Below, piece by piece: positions 57,340-64,000 of a stretch of 64,000 nucleotides of DNA (within the stretch, counting starts at the first letter, position 1; each line of letters starts with the position of its first letter). The position numbers and the translations under genes were made by a program. Origin of the DNA: Ranitomeya imitator (Eukaryota); NCBI RefSeq assembly GCF_032444005.1, contig NC_091289.1, positions 178,126,001 to 178,190,000 of the forward strand. Reading direction: 5' to 3'. The notes below the pieces were generated by a model. The model was not told the DNA's origin. It searched no databases and saw only the letters and a list, made by a program, of their open reading frames with translations.

Positions 57340-60300
57340 GTAAGGTCATTACACAGTTAGAGTATAATGGAACGTTGTTGACACCTTCTTAAGAAGCCTA
57401 CCCAAGATTGGTCTTCCAAAGTGGTGGTCCTATCAAAGGTGAGGGCAAATCTATCCTATTCTGGTCTAAATCAGGTGGCTTTGAGTTCAGGGACAGATAC
57501 TAAGGGCAAGAACAGTATACGGGCCCCATACAGTCCAAAAACTCCTCATAATGCACGACTCCACCTACTTTGGAGGTGGTAGTGGCCCCTTTACCTCTTG
57601 GGCCCCTTTGTGGGTCCAAAGGTTGCATCACTGATATGTCTGCTCCTGTTTGAGTTTGCTATATTATACGGTCAAAGCCAAAAATTTTGAGACTGACCCA
57701 AATTTATGAGCTCTTGGCAAATGGATTTCTGCTTCTGGGAAAAATCCTGACTGAGGATCAGTCCACCCATTTTTACCTTATCAGCGCTTGAAGTTCATCA
57801 CATTTTTTGTGATTTTGGTTGTCCTCCTGCTTTTCGAGGCTTGACCACAGGTTCTCAATGGGATTGAGATCTGGGGATTTTTCTGACAATGGGCCAAAAA
57901 TGTCAATGCTTTGTTCACCGAGCCACTTAGTTATCACTTTTGCCTTGTGACATGATCTCTATCATTCTGGAAAAGCACTGTTCATCACCACACTGATCCT
58001 GGATCTTTGGGACAAGTTGCCCTTGGAGGAGGTTTAGATCCCATTATCTATTCAAGGCCGTATTCTTAGGCAAAATTATGATTGAGCCCCCTACAAGGAT
58101 GAAACCCCCCACACATGACATAAGTAGTTTAAGGATTCTTTTCTGTTGTGAGGACACAAGACTCATGGCAGTGCTCAGCTTTTCTTCTCCGGACAATCAT
58201 TCTTCCAGATGTCCCAAACAATCGAAAGGGGGCTTCATCAGAGAAAACAACTTTACCCCCGACCTCCGCAGTCCAGTACCTGTAATTCCTGCAAGTTTTT
58301 TTTTTCTCTGATGAAGCCCCCTTCTGTTTTGTAGTTTTGCTATAACTTATTACATTTCAGCTTGTTTTATTTATTAGAACAAATTTTTATGTAAATTCCT
58401 TATCTTTTTCCAAGAAAATGGTGAAAGAGGCTACACGCGAACTGTTTAATGCTACAAGACAAAGGCTTTATATAAAAAGTGGAAAGATCTTAATTCCTAA
58501 AACTTGGTCACGGAGTTATAAGAACCGTACAAGAGAACGGTATGAGAAGGTGAGAATGTATACAGAGAAGTTTATAATCTTTGTTAATGCACCAAACAAT
58601 ATGACTTTTGGGGGGGAGAAATTTAAAAGAAAAGTTTAAACATAAATATTTTTCCAACAACTTTAGTAATTTTCTTTTTTAACTTTTTACAAATCCAGGC
58701 AGACGTTGTCATTGCGAAGTCGTTCTTACGTACTGGAGATGCCCCTTACACAAAACAATATGGTGGATGTGGGGAGAAGGGACAGTATATTCACTTGACA
58801 CCAAACTTTTTGATACAGGAAGATTTGACCTCATTTTATGGACCTTATGGTAAGAAAATGACTTAAGTCTTTGTTTTCCAGAATGTTCCCTCCCAAGTTT
58901 TTTTTTTTAATTTGTACCAGCTGCGTAAAAACAGTGAAGACCTAAAATTTTGCAAGAAGATCTGGTAGGCAGTCTCTGTAAAGATTACATTACTTTTCAC
59001 AACAGGCAGTAAAGTGAGATGATTTTATTCTACTAGTCTGAAAAGGAGGCAGTTTTGCTGACATCTAGTGAAAATTTTGGAAATTGCAGGGATTAATATT
59101 TAAAGTGAACCTGTCACCTGAATTTGGTGGGACTGGTTTTGGGGCATATGGGGGGAGTTTTCGGGTGTTTGATTCACCCTTTCCTTACCCGCTGGCTGCA
59201 ATATTGGATTGAAGTTCATTCTCTGTCCTCCATAGTACATGCGTGCACAAAGCAATCTTGCTTTGCGCAGGCGTGTACTACGGAGGACAGAGAATGAACT
59301 TCAATCCAATATTTCGGCCAGCATGCAGCCAGCGGGTAAAGAAAGGGTGAATCAAACACCTGAAAACTCCGCTCATATGACCCAAAACCAGTCCCGCCAA
59401 ATTCAGGTGACAGGTTCCCTTTAATTTCACATGGACGTTCATTTACATCATGCTAGAAAAAAAAAGTTTTTTTTAAAAAAAAAGGTGAACATTAGTTTAA
59501 GAAATGATAAAATAAGTGCCACTTCCTGATCATAGAGATTTCTCTGGAGAGGTAATATCTGGCCAGTCATGACTTCTTACAGCTGTACTGAAAAATACAT
59601 TTTTAGGATAATATGTTAAAGACTGATGAAAGAACCTCAACCATTACATTTTAGGAAAGGTGTTTGTTCATGAGTGGGCTCATCTTCGCTGGGGAGTGTT
59701 TGAGGAACACAACATCGAACAACCATTCTATATTTCTGGAAAACATCAAATAGAGGCAACAAGGTATTAAAGTATATATTTATTAGGATGATTGTAAGTG
59801 TAAATGGGTTGTTCATCCATTTTTTACTTAAATGCATGTATTTTGGGCTCACAATAATTTCCTCTGCACATTTATTTCCCTTCACACATAAAGGAAATCT
59901 GTGAGCAGTTTTTTGCTACTTGATCTGAGAGCATTTTAATACAGGGCAAGAAAACTAAATTCCAGATATATGTCACTTATTAGGTTGTGTACTGTAGGTT
60001 CAATACAACCATTGTTTTATCAGCAGGAGATTATCGCTAGAGGTCTAGGTTTCACATGCAAGTTAGTCCAGCTGTGTAATCTGTGTGACCCCGCCCCCAC
60101 CACTGATTGGCAGTTTACTGACAATGTTCAGTATACAGAGGAAGCTGCCAATTAGTGATGTGGGCGTGGTTACACAGAACTCAACATTCTGAGCACTGCT
60201 GCATCTACAACAGAGAAAATAAAGATTCTAATAAAACTGCACCAAGCAGCCCAGTTAGTGATATATCGCTAGAATCAGGATCTCCACCCCTGCATTATGC

Positions 60301-61289
60301 TGCTCTCAGAATAGCAAAAACCTGCTGACAGATTTTCCTTTAAGCATTGAACTCTGATGTGGTATGTGGTTATAAATCAGCTGAGGACAGATCAGAAAAA
60401 GCCAGAGTTACAAACTGTCCCTTTTGACAGTCAGAATGAACTCCCTGATCGTTCCTTTTGCTGTCAGGACTAGACAGTACAACGCAAAGACAAATGGTAC
60501 AAAATGTTTAATGAGACCCAATTACAAGACTTGTAGCCAAAAATAAATGCATTTAAGTAAAAAAGACCCCAAAGGTGGGGAATCCCTTTAACCCAACCAC
60601 CACGTCTCTTGAAGCCCTGTCATGGGACAGAAATGAACTATAGGCTAAACACAAAGGGCCCGATGTATCAAAGATTTCATGCCAAAAGTCTGCTGTAAAA
60701 ACTTTGAAAAGTTGCAAAAACTCGATGTTGTTCCTAAATTTTGCAACTTTTGACGTTCTCACATCAGTTTCTCCCAGCTATGACAAAATGGGCTAAGCTG
60801 GGGCAGTAAATGGTCGAGGCGACCACCGCTCGTCATAAAATAAAGTGTTCAATTTCCCTGCAGCGCCGTCACAGGAGAAAAGGAGCATTACACAGGTCTC
60901 ACTGAAATCCATGGGACGTCTGTGTAAGGCAGAGGCGTGTCGGGTCCTCCATCTTACATTGACCTCATCTTTTACATATATCCCTAATACTCTATTTGAA
61001 AAGGGGCTTTTTAAACCAGAAAATCCATGTACCACTTTATTTATTCTGAAGAACATACTGATGAAATCACTTTATTATATAACATGCCGTACGTTTTCGT
61101 GTCATTTCTAGGTGTTCGGTTAATATCAATGGCACGTACCGAAGGCCACAAAGCTCGCAGAATTCCTGTGTAACAAGGCCGTGCAGCGTGGATCATGGCA
61201 CCGGCCTGTTTACACGCGGCTGTACTTTCTACCCTGCCAAAAATCTCTTCTCCTCTGAATCCATTATGTATTCTCCTGGCCTTCAGCCC
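57181..61289 (+). CDS. CLCA1: CLCA-family (calcium-activated chloride channel regulator) gene, first five coding exons; continues beyond window
   Basis: Signal peptide, [38 protein letters not shown] metalloprotease motif, SIMY. Exon phases are consistent. Family is certain; paralog symbol is approximate. Confidence 0.88.
57785..58270 (-). mobile_element. Decayed Tc1 transposase fragment in CLCA intron 1
   Basis: Minus-strand KVVFSDEAP and [10 protein letters not shown] motifs with interruptions. Confidence 0.75.
58415..58549 (+). CDS. CLCA1: CLCA-like coding exon 2
   Basis: [31 protein letters not shown]...RERYEK. Confidence 0.9.
58699..58849 (+). CDS. CLCA1: CLCA-like coding exon 3
   Basis: ADVVIAK...[25 protein letters not shown]...YGPY. 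Confidence 0.93.
59104..59420. mobile_element. Second copy of the same MITE, in CLCA intron 3
   Basis: Near-identical to 29856-30183 with a short deletion; TTAA flanks. Confidence 0.85.
59655..59763 (+). CDS. CLCA1: CLCA-like coding exon 4 (HExxH)
   Basis: (G)[35 protein letters not shown](R). Confidence 0.94.
59892..60339. mobile_element. T2-like MITE in CLCA intron 4
   Basis: AGGAAATCTGT...ACAGATTTTCCT termini. Confidence 0.65.
61112..61289 (+). CDS. CLCA1: CLCA-like coding exon 5
   Basis: 178 bp, CSVNING...[23 protein letters not shown]...[10 protein letters not shown]. Confidence 0.9.
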
Positions 61290-63152
61290 GTGAGTACAAT
61301 TGTAATGTTACCGTAGATGACCTTTCTGAAATGAATATGTATGACTGTACAAGAGAGTCGGACAATTTCCTGTTACTAAATAGACTTTCTCAAATGTATA
61401 CATTTCATTTTATGGCACAAAATCAAAACTATGATTTTTACAAAATAAATAAGGCCTCGTCTATCACTGAGGCCTTCTTTGTTGCCTGTGGCAACCAATC
61501 AGAGCTTAGCTTTCATTTTTCCACAGTAGTTTAGAAAATGAAAGCTGAGTTCTGATTGGTTGCCATGAGCAACAAACAGTCCTACCCTTCTTACAGTTTT
61601 TTTTATTAATGAGGCCTATTGTGTTTTACACAAGTTGCACAGTTGTTGAATTGAACAATTGTTTTTCATAAGTGTTGCGTATCTCTCTACAAAATGCTCA
61701 TCAGATGAGTTGGCACACAAAATGGATTGCCTAAAAAGAGCGACCATTTTACCCACTTGGCGACATCTAGCATGCACAATACTGCCCTATACAGTGTATT
61801 GAACTAGCTCTATGAGAAGATCAAATGTCGTGGGGAAACAAAATACAAAATGAAAAAAAAAAGATATACGGTGTATATATATATGTAGTGTGTATATATA
61901 TATTTTTTTTCAGAATTTTACACCACGTAGAATTGCTTTATTATTATTATTATTAATATTATTATTCCCCTTGTTTCACTACATTATATGGCAAAATTGA
62001 TGATGTCATTCAAAACGACAACTCACCCCACAAAAAATTCCTCATGGAAGTTAGACGAAAACATAAAAGTTATGGTTTAAGCTGGAAAAAAAAACGCTTC
62101 CTCATGAAAGTAAGATGTTATGTCTGCCGACTCTTTTAGGCCAGAAATGCGTCATTTGGCTATATATCCTTGTGGCTTTCATTTTTAAGTTGCCCATACC
62201 GCATCCATAGATGCTGGCCAATCCTTTGTTTAGTTGACAGCCATTAATCCTGATTCCCCCATACACATAAATGCTCGGCCATGTGCCTCACCCTTCCACC
62301 GAATAAGAGCAGCTGTGACTGCAGAGCTTCCAGGGATGACTACCCCACCTGTGGCACGCACAGAGTAAAGGTAACAACAAGCTTAGGAGCATTGAGTTAC
62401 AAGGCCAGGAGACCGAAGGGTCACAACCTGGCTTTTCAGAACATGTCCATAGAGCCAGATGACCAGTGGGACCAATTCCTGGCTTTCAAAAACTTATCCA
62501 TGGTTCTCAGATGACCGGTGGGTCCAAATCCTGACTACCCCAAACGTATCCATGGTTCAGTGATGGTCAATGAAGCAGATCAGTATTCTTTCAGCTGTGG
62601 TCCCCTAAGCTGGCACCCTTTTGAATGTCAAATTTATGTTCCTTATGATGGAGCCATGATCTGGCAGCTATCCTGTAAAGTGTTCCTGTCTGTGGTTTTG
62701 TCAAAAATCTCTAGATCTCTGGATGTCTTGGAGGACTTGGATATATCTTGTTACAGAGGCATATATCCCCTTTTTATAGTTCAAAACTGTTGTCCTTCAA
62801 GCCATTATCCACAGCTCAAAGGGGAGGGGTGATAAGGCTATCTCGCATTCTTTGCCTATTTGCATAGTTTTTACTCCTCTGTTTTGCAAGTCACAGGACT
62901 CACACAATGGTTATTGAACATATTAAGCAAACATCCCTTGTTCAATGACCCTGCATCACTGTCTTGCAGAGCTAGCAGACAATAAGTTGGAGCTGATATA
63001 AGAGACAAACATTTAGCTGTTCAAAAATATAAAAAAATCAACGTTTAAGACTCATATGACAACAATGTATGGTTCTTGACCAAATGAAGAACAAACACAT
63101 AAATTCAAAAGTCAACATATACTGTAGGTAACAGTCTATTCCTCCTGGCTTA

Positions 63153-63902
63153 AGGTACCGTCACATTAAGCGACGCTGCAGCGATATAGACAACGATGCC
63201 GATCGCTGCAGCGTCGCTGTTTAGTCGTTGTGTGGTCGCTGGAGAGCTGTCACACAGACAGCTCTCCAGCGACCAACAATGCCGAAGTCCCCGGGTAACC
63301 AGGGTAAACATCGGGTTACTAAGCGCAGGGCCGCGCTTAGTAACCCGATGTTTACCCTGGTTACCATTGTAAATGTAAAAAAAAACAAAAACACAACATA
63401 CTCACATTCCAGTGTCTGTCACGTCCCCCGCCGTCACCTTCCCGCACTGACTGTGAGCGCCGGCAGTTTAAGCACAGCACAGCGGTGACGTCACCGCTGT
63501 GCTTTACGGCCGGCGCTCACAGTCAGTGCGGGAAGCTGACGGCGAGGGACGTGACAGACACCGGAATGTGAGTATGTTGTGTTTTTTTTATTTTTACATT
63601 TACAATGGTAACCAGGGTAAATATCGGGTTACTAAGCGCGGCCCTGCGCTTAGTAACCCGATGTTTACCCTGGTTACAAGTGAACACATCGCTGGATCGG
63701 CTTCACACACGCCGATTCAGCGGTGTCAGCGGGTGATCCAGCGACGAAATAAAGTTCTGGCCTTCTAGCGCCAACCAGCGATCTCACAGCAGGATCCAGA
63801 TCGCTGCTGAGTGTCAAACACGACGATATCGCTATCCAGGACGCTGCAACGTCACGGATCGCTATCGTTATCGTTCTAAAGTTGCTCAGTGTGAAGGTAC
63901 CT
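63153..63902. mobile_element. PIF/Harbinger-like MITE with nested hairpins
   Basis: AGGTACCGTCACA / TGTGAAGGTACCT TIR, TTA TSD; internal palindrome GGTAACCAGGGTAAACATCGGGTTACTAAGCGC occurs twice. Confidence 0.7.
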
Positions 63903-64000
63903 TTACTGAAAATAGACTTCTGGTTAATTAAGATAAAATGCTGGGTCATCATATCATGTTTTTTTATTACTGTTTTTTTCCATATATTTCATGTGTTCCA

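Noticed and set aside
62281-62832. ORFs in CLCA intron 5 as a candidate exon 6
   Set aside because: No match to the expected EFC...HN.EAPN.QN..C peptide; exon 6 probably lies beyond the window.

Overview
Vertebrate genomic DNA, most likely a frog (inferred from the gene and repeat content), about 64 kb, with six small N-gaps. It contains two tandem CYP4B-like P450 genes on the minus strand. Paralog B is complete (12 exons, 518 aa, 51993-28313). Paralog A has exons 1-11 (23817-2388), but its heme-Cys exon 12 is not visible in the window. A CLCA-family gene starts head-to-head about 5.2 kb away on the plus strand (coding exons 1-5, 57181-61289). Introns are filled with transposons: a full-length two-ORF CR1-clade LINE, an intact DD34E Tc1, a decayed DD37E Tc1, three solo LTRs with TSDs, many MITEs and foldbacks, and Penelope/retrozyme-like elements, three of which carry hammerhead ribozyme motifs. 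The main finding is that the six 126-bp monomers at the CR1 5' end and an unrelated hammerhead-bearing element at about 54 kb both carry the same U-snRNA-type promoter layout: octamer, SPH/ZNF143-like site, then a PSE-like TCTCCCTAAG about 155 nt further on. In the CR1 the predicted start site coincides with the element's 5' end. The CR1 also has a G_UUA_AAC slippery site directly before the ORF1 stop, in register for a -1 frameshift into ORF2. All coordinates and motifs were read by eye; no database search was run.
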